Below, one piece after another: positions 53,628 through 62,927 of a stretch of DNA of 64,000 bases. The position numbers and the translations under genes were made by a program. The notes under the pieces are model-generated. The model was not told the DNA's origin. It ran no database searches and was given only the letters and a program-made list of their open reading frames with translations. Every line of letters begins with the position of its first letter. Within the stretch, counting starts at the first letter, position 1. The DNA lies in contig CAZFNI010000007.1 of assembly GCA_964520655.1 (NCBI GenBank), positions 6,398 through 70,397 on the forward strand. The letters are read 5' to 3'. The stretch is from an uncultured Planctomycetales bacterium (lineage in GTDB: Bacteria; Omnitrophota; Gorgyraeia; Zapsychrales; Fredricksoniimonadaceae).

Positions 53628-54848
53628 ATGCAGAAAAAATTATCATTTAACGGGGACGCATTTGCGGTTTTTAGCGCCATGGCCGACCGTCCCGGGGCGT
53701 TTTTTCTGGACTCCAGTTTGTTGTCAAAAGACGGGGCTGTTTCGATCATGGGGTTTGCGCCCAGCCGGATCATCAAAGGCGAAGATCTTGATCGCATGCG
53801 CAGAGTATTTTCCCTCAATCACCGCTTAAAGACCTTGGCCGTTGGATTTATTACTTATGAGGGGGGATTCCATTTCGGAATTTACCGCCAATGGATCACC
53901 ATCGACCATGCCAAGCACAGCATGACCATTCACGCGTCCACGCCAAGAATGCTAGCGGCACTGTGCGCCATGGTACGAATTTCTATGCGTTGTGATAAGG
54001 CTGCCGTTCATCAAGTCTTTATTCCCAAAAGTAATTTTTCAAGAACAGCCTATATGCGCGCGGTGAAAAAAGCGCTGGAGGCGATCAAACGCGGCGACAT
54101 TTACCAGATCAATTTATCCCGCGTGATCTTTGCTAAAATGCGCGTCGATCCTTTGCGGTTGTATGGGGCTTTGCGTAAACATTCTCCGTCGCCGTTTGCG
54201 GCCTATTATGATGCCGGCCGCGAAAAGATATTGAGCTCTTCCCCAGAGAGGTTTTTGAGGTTAACCGGCAGGCAGGTCCAGGTCAGGCCCATGAAAGGGA
54301 CAAGGCCCCGGGGACGTACATTATCAGAGGATAAACGGATGCGCCGCGATCTGGAACAAAGCCCTAAAGAGATCGCTGAGCTGTTGATGGTGACGGATTT
54401 GGAGCGTAATGATTTGGGTCGCGTGTGCAAAACAGGATCGGTCAAGGTTGCCGCGATGCGCACGATCGAAGCTTATGCTTCCGTTTATCAGGCCACAGCG
54501 GCGATCGAAGGGGTTTTGGCTTCTGGTAAAGGAGCGTTTGATCTGATCAAGGCTGCCTTCCCCAGCGGTTCAGTGACCGGCTGCCCCAAGATCGAAGCCA
54601 TGAAGATCATCAAGAAGATCGAAGGGATTCCCCGGGGCTTTTATACCGGCGCATTGGGGTACATTGATCCAAAAGGCAATATGGACTTAAGTGTCTTGAT
54701 CCGTTCGGTGAGTGTCTCACCCGGCGGACTGCGCTATCATGTCGGAGGCGGCATCGTCGCGGATTCTGATCCAAAGCGTGAATATGAGGAAACTGTGTTG
54801 AAAGCCAAAGCCATTGAATCAGCCATACGCGAGGTCAGCCATGCGTAA
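53628..54848 (+). CDS. pabB: Aminodeoxychorismate synthase component I (chorismate-binding enzyme, short form).
   Basis: GDIYQINLS, SSSPERFL, RPMKGTRPRG, LMVTDLERNDLGRVC, GGIVADSDP are canonical chorismate-utilising-enzyme motifs. It is adjacent to a class IV aminotransferase. Confidence 0.75.
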   Translation: MQKKLSFNGDAFAVFSAMADRPGAFFLDSSLLSKDGAVSIMGFAPSRIIKGEDLDRMRRVFSLNHRLKTLAVGFITYEGGFHFGIYRQWITIDHAKHSMTIHASTPRMLAALCAMVRISMRCDKAAVHQVFIPKSNFSRTAYMRAVKKALEAIKRGDIYQINLSRVIFAKMRVDPLRLYGALRKHSPSPFAAYYDAGREKILSSSPERFLRLTGRQVQVRPMKGTRPRGRTLSEDKRMRRDLEQSPKEIAELLMVTDLERNDLGRVCKTGSVKVAAMRTIEAYASVYQATAAIEGVLASGKGAFDLIKAAFPSGSVTGCPKIEAMKIIKKIEGIPRGFYTGALGYIDPKGNMDLSVLIRSVSVSPGGLRYHVGGGIVADSDPKREYEETVLKAKAIESAIREVSHA

Positions 54849-55578
54849 TTTGACGTTCTATTTAGACGGGGTTTATTTAAACAGCAATGAAAAGCTCCTG
54901 TCAGTTTTTACCCCGGGTCAGCAAAGCTATCGGGGGGTGTTTGAGACCATGCGCGTTGTCAACGGCCGTGTGGAATATCTGGATGAGCATCTCTTTAGAC
55001 TGTTAAAGGGATTGAAAACCTTGAAGATCAGCTGCCCGTCATCTTTAGCAGCCATTAAACGCATTGTCAGTACTGTGGTTAGCAAAAATCCATCTATTGC
55101 TTTGGGGCGTTTGCGGCTGATGGTTTTTGGTGAACAAGGACAAACACATACGGCCTGCATGGTCTTGCCGTATAAGCCTTTTAATGGCCGTCAGTATCGA
55201 GAGGGCTTAAATGCGTGTGTGATCAAAACAGCGCGGCCGGCGACCAGCCGTTATGCGTCGGTCAAATCTCTGGATTACGCGGTCTTTTCCAACGCCCTAA
55301 AGCGGGCCGTCTCGCAAGGGTATGACGAGGCAGTGCTGCTTAACGCGAAAGGATATGTTTGTGAAGCCAGCCGGGGGAATATTTTTATTCTCTATCAAGA
55401 TCAATGGCTGACCCCGCCGCTGTCGAGCGGTTGTTTGAACGGGATCATGCGGACGCTGGTGATGGGCCAGATGGATGTCCGGGAAAAGAACATCACACCG
55501 AAGATGCTGCGTTTGGCGGATGTTGTCGTGATGACTAATTCTTTAGCCGGTTTGATCAAGCTGGTTGTGGCCCCTTAA
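54841..55578 (+). CDS. pabC: Aminodeoxychorismate lyase / class IV aminotransferase.
   Basis: Class IV fold motifs (GVFETMRVVNG, EASRGNIFI). The start ATG at 54841 overlaps the pabB stop. The pabB-pabC pairing supports the call. Confidence 0.65.
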   Translation: MRNLTFYLDGVYLNSNEKLLSVFTPGQQSYRGVFETMRVVNGRVEYLDEHLFRLLKGLKTLKISCPSSLAAIKRIVSTVVSKNPSIALGRLRLMVFGEQGQTHTACMVLPYKPFNGRQYREGLNACVIKTARPATSRYASVKSLDYAVFSNALKRAVSQGYDEAVLLNAKGYVCEASRGNIFILYQDQWLTPPLSSGCLNGIMRTLVMGQMDVREKNITPKMLRLADVVVMTNSLAGLIKLVVAP

Positions 55579-55596
55579 AGGCTCTTGAAGGGATGG

Positions 55597-55625
55597 TTGC
55601 TTTATTAACTCGTGAGTGATATAAT
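55597..55625 (+). promoter_or_regulatory. Sigma70-type promoter TTGCTT-N17-TATAAT for the small Cys-rich peptide gene.
   Basis: -35 TTGCTT at 55597..55602, a 17-nt spacer, and a perfect -10 TATAAT at 55620..55625. RBS AAGGAG at 55644..55649, 6 nt before the ATG at 55656. Confidence 0.6.
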
Positions 55626-55655
55626 GCTTATAATTCGACATATAAGGAGAGTGTT

Positions 55656-55919
55656 ATGAAAACAATTTTGATCAGAACGGCCGTGGGTGCGTTGATCTTA
55701 GTGCAAGTCGTATCCATCATGCTGCTCATCGACCAGAAAAAAACAGCAAAGGCACAGTGTATTCCTATCAGTTCAACCATTGCCTGTAATGCGTCTTTTA
55801 ATTTCAATGCGAGCGACGGTTCCTCATGCGGGCCAGTTGCTGTGGCCTGTTCCGGCGGTTTGATGACCGGGATAACCTATACCGGCGGTTCATGCGGCAG
55901 CCCAAGCGGCGGTACATAG
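55656..55919 (+). CDS. Small secreted Cys/Gly/Ser-rich peptide (87 aa precursor with a signal peptide).
   Basis: MKTILIRTAVGALILVQVVSIMLL signal-like N-terminus. The mature region carries 6 Cys in a Gly/Ser/Thr-rich context (CIPISSTIACNASFNFNASDGSSCGPVAVACSGG ... CGSPSGGT). It has its own promoter and terminator. Confidence 0.6.
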   Translation: MKTILIRTAVGALILVQVVSIMLLIDQKKTAKAQCIPISSTIACNASFNFNASDGSSCGPVAVACSGGLMTGITYTGGSCGSPSGGT

Positions 55920-55946
55920 ACATTTGTTCTAAGGAAGTGTTGTTTA

Positions 55947-55992
55947 AAGCCGGTCGTTTTAGTAAGATCAAAATGACCGGCTTTTTCTTTTT
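55947..55992 (+). terminator. Rho-independent terminator (GC-rich stem AGCCGGTC / GACCGGCT followed by a TTTTTCTTTTT tract).
   Basis: The inverted repeat is read directly from the sequence, 28 nt after the stop of the small peptide gene. The T-run ends 12 nt before the next ATG. Confidence 0.75.
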
Positions 55993-56004
55993 GATCCTAT
56001 CGAG

Positions 56005-57462
56005 ATGAAAGTTATGGGTTTTCGCAAGAAATTAGATGATCTATTCGGGATAGACATACGGGCTTTGGCCATTATGCGCATCGCCTTCGCTTTATTATTG
56101 ATCGTGGATCGATTCCGTGATCTACCGTTCGTTAAAGAGTATTATTCGGATGCCGGTCTTTTGCCTCTAGCCTATGGAAAGATGCTGGTGCCACGCGAGT
56201 CGTTTAGTTTATTCTTCTTTAACGGTTCTTTGGAATTCCAGTATTTCTTACTATTCGTGTTGCTTGTGCTAACGGTGGGACTGTTGGTGGGTTATTATAC
56301 GCGCTTTTGCACGGTGATGATGTGGGTCTTGCTGGTCTCGATGCATAACCGCAATTGGCTTATCCTGGGCGCGGAGGATAAACTGTTGGATGTGCTGTTT
56401 CTCTGGTTCATATTCCTGCCGTGGGGGGCATGTTATTCGATCGACAGGCTGCGCCATCCGGAAAGAAGGCCTCCGGCAAGGGTCTTGTCAATGGGGTCCG
56501 CGGCGTTCTTGCTCCAGGTCAGTTTTTTTTACATTTTTGCCGGTTTTCTTAAATCATTCCCGGAATGGACCAGGGATCATAATGCCGGGTATTTGCTCTT
56601 AAGCCTTCATGAATTTGTGAAGCCTTTAGGCACAAGCCTGCTTTCTTATCCCAAATTCTTGGAATGGATGACGGTATTGAGCTTGAACATGGAGCGTTTC
56701 GGCCCGTTCTTCTTTTTTATCCCTTTTCAAACGGTCCCTTTTCGATTTGTCATGGTCATTATCTTTGTGATCTTTCATTTGGTCCTGATGGCCACGTTAG
56801 AGACAGGGATCTTTCAATGGGTGTGTTTGATCATGTTCATCGGGTTCTTACCCACAGCATTTTTTGACAGGATCCTGGGTAAATATGAACCGCACCTCCC
56901 GCATGAGAAGGGAAATGCCCGAGAGAAAAGATCAGATGGAGGGGCGGGATTGCCGTGGTATCTGAACCTGATCGTTGGATTTCTGATCCTTTATGGGTTT
57001 TGTTGGAATTTGCATGATCTCTTAAAGCCTGGCAGCCAGATGCCCAAAAGCGTGAAGTGGATCGGATGCGCGCTTAATCTGCGGCAGCACTGGGGGATGT
57101 TCGCTCCCGGCCCTATGCGTGATGATGGCTGGTTCGTGATCCCAGGGAGATTACGTAATGGGACAGAGGTTGATCTGATGAAGTCAGACGGGGCTCCCGT
57201 CGTTTGGGAAGAGCCTCCTTCTATCATGGATCTAAATCGATCGGATCATTTAACGCTTTATTATATGAATATCCACCGTCCACATTATTCGCATTTTGTC
57301 CACCCCTGGGGGAAATATTTGTGCCGGGAATGGAATGCGACACATTCAGAAGAAGAACAAGTTCTTACATTCAAGATCATATTCATGGAGCGGATGATAC
57401 AAAAAGATCTTCAGCCGCCTAAAATGAGAAAAATCGTTCTGTTCAATCAAAGATGTTTTTGA
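56005..57462 (+). CDS. HTTM-domain (vitamin-K-dependent gamma-carboxylase-like) integral membrane protein.
   Basis: N-terminal FGIDIRALAIMRIAFALLLIVDRFRDLP matches the HTTM-domain opening motif (D-x-R-x-LA-x-[FM]-RI-x-[FL]). Multiple TM helices, 485 aa. Confidence 0.65.
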   Translation: MKVMGFRKKLDDLFGIDIRALAIMRIAFALLLIVDRFRDLPFVKEYYSDAGLLPLAYGKMLVPRESFSLFFFNGSLEFQYFLLFVLLVLTVGLLVGYYTRFCTVMMWVLLVSMHNRNWLILGAEDKLLDVLFLWFIFLPWGACYSIDRLRHPERRPPARVLSMGSAAFLLQVSFFYIFAGFLKSFPEWTRDHNAGYLLLSLHEFVKPLGTSLLSYPKFLEWMTVLSLNMERFGPFFFFIPFQTVPFRFVMVIIFVIFHLVLMATLETGIFQWVCLIMFIGFLPTAFFDRILGKYEPHLPHEKGNAREKRSDGGAGLPWYLNLIVGFLILYGFCWNLHDLLKPGSQMPKSVKWIGCALNLRQHWGMFAPGPMRDDGWFVIPGRLRNGTEVDLMKSDGAPVVWEEPPSIMDLNRSDHLTLYYMNIHRPHYSHFVHPWGKYLCREWNATHSEEEQVLTFKIIFMERMIQKDLQPPKMRKIVLFNQRCF

Positions 57463-57473
57463 CCAATCCGTCA

Positions 57474-57501
57474 TTGCTCTTCGAGAATAAACAGGTATAA
57501 T
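57474..57501 (+). promoter_or_regulatory. Sigma70-type promoter TTGCTC-N16-TATAAT, 7 nt upstream of the ATG. This gives a leaderless or near-leaderless transcript for the coiled-coil gene.
   Basis: -35 at 57474..57479 and -10 TATAAT at 57496..57501. ATG at 57509 with no SD. Confidence 0.5.
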
Positions 57502-57508
57502 ATTATCC

Positions 57509-58477
57509 ATGATTCGGTTATTGGCCGCATTCTTCATATTTTTTCCCGTCGTGGGAGTTCATGCCCAGGAATTGACATCGGCCATGCGTGCTAATGGCCC
57601 GTCGGCAGCAGCTTTGGAGCAATGGAAGAGCGGGGTCGATGCTATCCGGGGGCAAATGGATGTGTTGATACGCCAGAATGACCAGTTGACGCAAGTGTAC
57701 GATCAGGAAAGATCGCAGGAACAGCAATTGCTGCGGGAGATCGAAGAACAGCGTCAGAAAGTGGAGGCGTTAAAGGAATATTTACGGAAACGCGAGGGAA
57801 AAACAGACCAGGACCTGCGCGTGGACGCGTTAAACGGAGAATTACGGATCAAGCGCATGCAGATGGATAAGATTTTGCTCGAGTATAAGACCAGCCATGC
57901 CAAAGCACAGGATGTTCTAGACAGGGTTGAATCCAAACGGATGAAGATCTCCGCGTATGATCTTAAGCCAACAGAGCCAGCCGTTGAAAAAAAGGCCGTA
58001 GAGCCGCGCAAAGACCCGGCCCTGGAGGCTTTGCGCGCGGAATACCAGCGCCAGAAAGCGTCGGAGGCAAGATTAGAAGCCGGTATGGATCCGGCGCGGG
58101 AGAGCAGCGACGCGCTGGAGATCAAGCAGTTAGAGGTCAGGGTTGCGGCGCTGACGGAACAAAAGGCGCAGCTGATGAAAAAACCTTTGGCGGAAGATCA
58201 CAGCGCAGACAAATTGAATTTGATGCAGACTAAGAAGGATGAGTTGGAAAAGAAGATCCGCGCATTTGAGAGCAGGATCGAATCATTGAAGTCAACATCG
58301 GTGGTTTCTGGTTCCTGGGCGGCTGCGCGTAAAGAAATGGTGCGGGCCGTTGTGCAGGGGGATGCGCGTAATAAGAAATTAGCGAATGAGATCAAAGAAC
58401 TAAAAGAGAATATCGCGCTGCTGCGCAGCCAGATAGGCGTTTTGGAAAAACGCGTGCTTTTCAGTAAGAAACGATAA
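57509..58477 (+). CDS. Secreted or periplasmic coiled-coil protein (322 aa).
   Basis: A signal peptide MIRLLAAFFIFFPVVGVHAQ, then ~300 aa of E/K/Q/L/R-rich heptad-like sequence. Confidence 0.65.
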   Translation: MIRLLAAFFIFFPVVGVHAQELTSAMRANGPSAAALEQWKSGVDAIRGQMDVLIRQNDQLTQVYDQERSQEQQLLREIEEQRQKVEALKEYLRKREGKTDQDLRVDALNGELRIKRMQMDKILLEYKTSHAKAQDVLDRVESKRMKISAYDLKPTEPAVEKKAVEPRKDPALEALRAEYQRQKASEARLEAGMDPARESSDALEIKQLEVRVAALTEQKAQLMKKPLAEDHSADKLNLMQTKKDELEKKIRAFESRIESLKSTSVVSGSWAAARKEMVRAVVQGDARNKKLANEIKELKENIALLRSQIGVLEKRVLFSKKR

Positions 58478-58488
58478 GGAGCGATGAA

Positions 58489-58818
58489 ATGGCAAAAGCT
58501 GTCAGCCCGTCCACTGTCAGGGCATTGATCGAGGTGAGCATTACTCCTCAAAAAGACGTGGGTTTTGATCAGATCGCGGAACGCATTTACAGTTATCCGG
58601 AAGTTAAGACGTGTTATCTGTTGTCCGGTGGTTATGATCTATTGGTCGTCGTTGAAGGGGATAATATCCAGACCGTCGCGGATTTTGTGGCGGCAAAACT
58701 ATCGTCCATGGCCAATGTCCGCCAGACCGCAACACATTTCTTGCTGCGGAAATATAAAGAAGAAGGTCAAGTCCTGCATCACAGTAAGAAGGAACGCCGG
58801 CCTAATATTTCGTACTAG
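58489..58818 (+). CDS. Stand-alone Lrp/AsnC C-terminal (RAM) ligand-binding domain protein.
   Basis: 109 aa. IEVSITPQKDVGFDQIAERIYSYPEVKTCYLLSGGYDLLVVVEGDNIQTVADFV matches the AsnC-type regulatory domain pattern. Confidence 0.6.
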   Translation: MAKAVSPSTVRALIEVSITPQKDVGFDQIAERIYSYPEVKTCYLLSGGYDLLVVVEGDNIQTVADFVAAKLSSMANVRQTATHFLLRKYKEEGQVLHHSKKERRPNISY

Positions 58819-58827
58819 GGAACATCT

Positions 58828-59979
58828 ATGCGCATTGCTAAAAAAGTTGAACAATTAGCGCCCTCGGGGATCAGGGCTTTCTTTGATCTTGTGCTGGGCA
58901 TGAAAGACGTTATATCGCTTGGGGTCGGCGAGCCGGATTTTGTCACGCCTTGGCATGTGCGTCAGGCGGCGATCCATTCCCTCGAACAGGGTTTCACGTC
59001 CTATACTTCCAATAAAGGCATGGGTGAGCTGCGCAAGGCCATCACGGTCTTTTTAAAGAGCCGTCATGGGCTTGATTATGATTTTGAAGAAGAGGTTTTG
59101 ATCACCGTCGGTGTTTCTCAAGGCTTTGACCTGGCCATGCGTGCGATCCTTAATCCCGGCGAGAAAGTGCTGATCCCGGATCCCAGTTATGTCGCTTACG
59201 GCCCGGTCGTGGAATTAGCCTACGGCGTACCGGTATTTTTGCCCACGTCGCTTAAAGGCGGGTTTAAGATAACCCCTGAACAGGTCGACCGCGCCTGTAC
59301 CAAGGGGGTCAAGGCCATTTTATTTAATTATCCATGTAACCCGACGGGGGCTTCTTATACGCATAAAGAGCTTTCCGCGTTGGCCAAGGTCTTTAAGAAG
59401 CATGACCTGATCGTTATCAGCGACGAGCTCTACGATGAGCTGACCTATGATTTCGACCATACGGCTTTCCCGACGTTGGCCGGCATGAGGGAACGCACAT
59501 TGTATCTCAATGGTTTTTCTAAGAGCCACGCCATGACGGGGTTTCGCGTTGGCTATGCCTGTGGCCCTAAGGATATCATCGGCGGTATGACCAAGATCCA
59601 TCAATACACCATGCTATGCGCGCCGATCACCTCGCAGATGGCCGCGATCGAAGCATTGAAAGATGGGCTTAAGGATGTGGCCTCCATGAAAAAGGAATAT
59701 CAACGCCGCCGCGATTTTATCGTCGGGGCTTTAAATGAGCTTGGGTTGACGTGCCATACGCCGCAGGGAGCTTTTTACGTATTCCCGTCAGTTAAGTCCA
59801 CCAAACAGACCTCCATGGATTTTGCCAAGCAGCTGCTGCAAGAGCAGAAAGTGGCCTTGGTCCCGGGGGTTGCGTTCGGGACATCGTGTCCGGACTGCGT
59901 GCGTATTTCTTATGCATCGAGTTATGACAATCTCAAAGAGGTTGCCGTGCGTCTGAAGGCATATTTGAAACAGCATTGA
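58828..59979 (+). CDS. PLP-dependent aminotransferase, class I/II (aspartate/aromatic aminotransferase-like).
   Basis: LNGFSKSHAMTGFRVGY (PLP lysine in SKS). 383 aa with typical fold I motifs. Confidence 0.8.
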   Translation: MRIAKKVEQLAPSGIRAFFDLVLGMKDVISLGVGEPDFVTPWHVRQAAIHSLEQGFTSYTSNKGMGELRKAITVFLKSRHGLDYDFEEEVLITVGVSQGFDLAMRAILNPGEKVLIPDPSYVAYGPVVELAYGVPVFLPTSLKGGFKITPEQVDRACTKGVKAILFNYPCNPTGASYTHKELSALAKVFKKHDLIVISDELYDELTYDFDHTAFPTLAGMRERTLYLNGFSKSHAMTGFRVGYACGPKDIIGGMTKIHQYTMLCAPITSQMAAIEALKDGLKDVASMKKEYQRRRDFIVGALNELGLTCHTPQGAFYVFPSVKSTKQTSMDFAKQLLQEQKVALVPGVAFGTSCPDCVRISYASSYDNLKEVAVRLKAYLKQH

Positions 59980-59997
59980 TCCGGAAAGGTTTTAGAC

Positions 59998-60408
59998 GTG
60001 CGCAAGGAACACGCGAAGAAGCTGCCGAAATCCAAAGATGATATCGAATTTGAGATCGCTTTTTATGAGAATGTCCTCAAGGAAGCCCCGAATTTTATTG
60101 AAGCCTTGGTGGTGATGGGGGATCTGTACACCCGCGCCGGTTACTGGCAAAAGGGGCTGGATGTGGATGTGAAGCTCTCCAAGCTTCGCCCCCACGACCC
60201 CAATGTTCTCTATAATCTAGCGTGTTCTTACGCATTATTGAATCAGACCCGCGCGGCGCTTGCGGCGCTCGCCCAGGCCATTGAATACGGCTATGATGAT
60301 TTTGCCTATCTGCGCCAGGACGCGGACTTAAGCAATTTGCTCAAAGATTCCCATGTGCAGGCTTTCCTTAAAGACATGGAAAAGAAAAAGAAGAAGGCGG
60401 CCTCGTGA
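59998..60408 (+). CDS. TPR-like repeat protein (136 aa), GTG start.
   Basis: Helical repeat pattern (W-x-x-G ... [10 protein letters not shown] ... [10 protein letters not shown]). A stretch of five lysines (KKKKK) sits in the C-terminal tail. Confidence 0.5.
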   Translation: MRKEHAKKLPKSKDDIEFEIAFYENVLKEAPNFIEALVVMGDLYTRAGYWQKGLDVDVKLSKLRPHDPNVLYNLACSYALLNQTRAALAALAQAIEYGYDDFAYLRQDADLSNLLKDSHVQAFLKDMEKKKKKAAS

Positions 60409-60824
60409 AGCATTTCCGCCGTGAATTGTTCTTTCATACGCAGACCCGCCGGGCATATATCAATATCACGCATCAGGTCCAGGAGGCGATCGACCAGAGC
60501 GGAATTCAAGAGGGGCTCTGTCTGGTCAATGCCATGCATATTTCCGCCAGCGTCTATATCAATGATGATGAGTCGGGTTTACTGCATGATTATGACAAAT
60601 GGCTGGAAAAATTGGCCCCGCATGAACCGGTTGGTCAGTATCAGCATAATAATACCGGTGAGGATAATGCCGACGCGCATTTAAAACGCCAGGTCATGGG
60701 GCGAGAGGTTGTGGTGGCTGTGACGAATGGTAAATTGGATTTCGGGCCGTGGGAACAGATCTTTTATGGCGAGTTCGACGGCCGGCGTAAAAAACGTGTG
60801 TTAATTAAAATCATAGGAGAATAA
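60405..60824 (+). CDS. yjbQ: YjbQ-family (UPF0047) protein, a 'secondary thiamine-phosphate synthase'-like enzyme. GTG start overlapping the upstream stop (GTGA).
   Basis: [20 protein letters not shown] ... [10 protein letters not shown] and [15 protein letters not shown] match the YjbQ signature. Confidence 0.7.
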   Translation: MKHFRRELFFHTQTRRAYINITHQVQEAIDQSGIQEGLCLVNAMHISASVYINDDESGLLHDYDKWLEKLAPHEPVGQYQHNNTGEDNADAHLKRQVMGREVVVAVTNGKLDFGPWEQIFYGEFDGRRKKRVLIKIIGE

Positions 60825-60828
60825 CAAG

Positions 60829-61731
60829 ATGAGCCTGGTTGTGTTAGGGACAGTGGCATTAGATCATGTGAAGACCCCTTCCGGCAGCAAAAAGGATATG
60901 TTAGGCGGGTCCGCCGCGCATTTTTCCATGAGCGCGCGCCTGTTCACGCCCGTGCATTTGGTGGCGGTCGTCGGGAAAGATTTCCCGGTCAGGCATCTGG
61001 ACTTCTTAAAGCGCAAAGGGGTTGACCTGACGTCCTTGATGATCGGCAGCGGGAAGACCTTCCGCTGGTCGGGGGAATATAAGAAGGGTGATCTCAACAC
61101 CGCACTTACGCTTGGGACGGAGCTTGGCGTTCTGGAGAATTATGTCCCAACCATCGCCGACCACCAGAAACACATGCCGAACTTATTTTTGGCGAATTTC
61201 GACCCGGATCTGCAGATGAAGCTCATTGGCCAGCTGAGATCTCCGAAGTTGATCGGTTTAGACAGCATGAATCTGTGGATCAATATCAAATTAAAATCGC
61301 TTAAAAAGCTGATCAGGCAGGTGCATTTGTTCGTTGCCAATGACAGCGAGGCCAGAGCCTTGACGGGTGAGCATAATCTGATCATGGCCGCCAAAGCCAT
61401 TGCCGCCATGGGGCCTAAGATGGTCGTGATCAAAAAAGGCGAGCACGGGGTATTGTTTTACAGCAAAAGCTTTATGTTCGCTTTTCCCGCTTATCCGGTC
61501 ACTAAGGTCGTTGATCCGACGGGCGCGGGGGATACCTTTGCCGGCGGGCTGATGGGGTATTTAAGCCGGGTCAATAAGGTCGACGAGAGGTCGTTGCGCA
61601 AAGCGCTCTTATATGCCACCACCGTTGCTTCATTTAACGTGGAAGGTTTTGGTATGGCCAAAACGGCGCCGCTGACGATGAAAGATGTCGAGGAACGCAT
61701 GAAACATTTAGTGAAATTCTTCAGTGTGTGA
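60829..61731 (+). CDS. PfkB-family carbohydrate/nucleoside kinase (ribokinase-like).
   Basis: DPTGAGDTFAGG anion-hole/catalytic motif and an N-terminal GG dipeptide region. RBS ATAGGAGAAT precedes the ATG. Confidence 0.8.
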   Translation: MSLVVLGTVALDHVKTPSGSKKDMLGGSAAHFSMSARLFTPVHLVAVVGKDFPVRHLDFLKRKGVDLTSLMIGSGKTFRWSGEYKKGDLNTALTLGTELGVLENYVPTIADHQKHMPNLFLANFDPDLQMKLIGQLRSPKLIGLDSMNLWINIKLKSLKKLIRQVHLFVANDSEARALTGEHNLIMAAKAIAAMGPKMVVIKKGEHGVLFYSKSFMFAFPAYPVTKVVDPTGAGDTFAGGLMGYLSRVNKVDERSLRKALLYATTVASFNVEGFGMAKTAPLTMKDVEERMKHLVKFFSV

Positions 61732-61741
61732 TATGGAACAT

Positions 61742-62005
61742 ATGACTTTAATCGAAAAGATCGGTATCGCGGGCTCCATCGGCCTGCCGTTATGGAATAT
61801 CCCGCTGATCATCAATATTTGCCGCCGGCGCTCCTCAGCGGACCTCTCCGCCAGCTGGCTGATCGGGGTGTGGGTCTGCTCGCTGTTGATGCTGCCCAAC
61901 GGGCTTTTGTCCAAGGATGTGGTCTTAAAAGTGTTTAGCATCGTTAACATAACTTTATTTTCAGGGGTGGTGATCGTTGCCTTCAAATACCGTCAAAAAA
62001 AGTAA
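61742..62005 (+). CDS. Small hypothetical membrane protein (2 TM). The start could instead be 61724 or 61733.
   Basis: Hydrophobic helices IGIAGSIGLPLWNIPLIINI and WLIGVWVCSLLML. No recognisable domain. Confidence 0.35.
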   Translation: MTLIEKIGIAGSIGLPLWNIPLIINICRRRSSADLSASWLIGVWVCSLLMLPNGLLSKDVVLKVFSIVNITLFSGVVIVAFKYRQKK

Positions 62006-62927
62006 ACTCTTAAAAAGCGGCATTGTCAGTATCGTCGGCCGTCCCAATGTGGGCAAGTCGACGTTGGTCAACGCCATCATTGGCGAGAAGATCTCGATCG
62101 TCTCTGATATACCCCAGACCACCCGCCAGCAGATCAGGGGTATCTATACGGATGAGCGCGGGCAGATCGTGTTCATTGACACGCCGGGTCTCCATTTGGG
62201 GGGCGATAGCCTGGATAAGTTCATGAGCCGTTCCTCCATGGGGGCGCTGCAGGGCGTCGATGTTGTCATCCATTTGGTCGACAGCAGCGAAGGGGTCGGC
62301 AAGGAAGAGAATTTTGTCGTCAATCAATTAAAGAAATTGAAGGTTCCCATTATCGTGGGGATGAATAAAGTTGATTACAAGCAGGGTAAATGCATCCAGG
62401 AATATATCGAATTGTGGGAACAAGCGACGGGCAAATCGATCCATGAATTAAAGAATTTGACGCTCTTGCCGCTTTCCGCGCTTAAAGGCACCAACGTTGA
62501 GAAATTGATCGAGCTTGTGTTCGAGTTATTGCCCGAAGGGCCGATGTTATATCCGGAGGATGTGATCACTGACCTGCCCCAGCGCCTGGCCATGGCGGAC
62601 TTGGTCAGGGAAAAGTTATTTCAGACCATGCGTGAAGAAGTGCCGCATTCGATCGCGGTCAAGATCGAGCATGTCAGCCCCCGCAAAGGCAAGGTTCTGC
62701 TGATCAAAGCGCTGATCATCGTTGAGCGTGAGACGCAGAAAGAGATCGTGATCGGCAAGAAGGGGGAAGTTCTCAAGAACATCGGTACGGCCGCCCGCGC
62801 GGACTTGGAAGAACTGGTTGGACAGAAAGTGTTCCTGGAGCTCTACGTGAAGACCACGAAGAATTGGCGCGATAATCCATCCGTGCTTGAGGACATGGGC
62901 TATATCTTTGAAGGGGCGGCATGCTAG
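61977..62927 (+). CDS. era: GTPase Era (TTG start).
   Basis: G1 IVGRPNVGKST, G2 TTR, G3 DTPG, G4 NKVD, and a C-terminal KH domain (VIGKKGEVLKNIG). Confidence 0.9.
   Translation: MPSNTVKKSKLLKSGIVSIVGRPNVGKSTLVNAIIGEKISIVSDIPQTTRQQIRGIYTDERGQIVFIDTPGLHLGGDSLDKFMSRSSMGALQGVDVVIHLVDSSEGVGKEENFVVNQLKKLKVPIIVGMNKVDYKQGKCIQEYIELWEQATGKSIHELKNLTLLPLSALKGTNVEKLIELVFELLPEGPMLYPEDVITDLPQRLAMADLVREKLFQTMREEVPHSIAVKIEHVSPRKGKVLLIKALIIVERETQKEIVIGKKGEVLKNIGTAARADLEELVGQKVFLELYVKTTKNWRDNPSVLEDMGYIFEGAAC

Noticed and set aside
56005-56016. Alternative later start (ATG at 56014 giving MGFRKK...) for the HTTM gene, because the upstream terminator T-tract ends only 12 nt before 56005.
   Set aside because: Not resolvable from sequence. 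Both starts are in frame and differ by 3 aa. The first ATG is kept, with the uncertainty noted.
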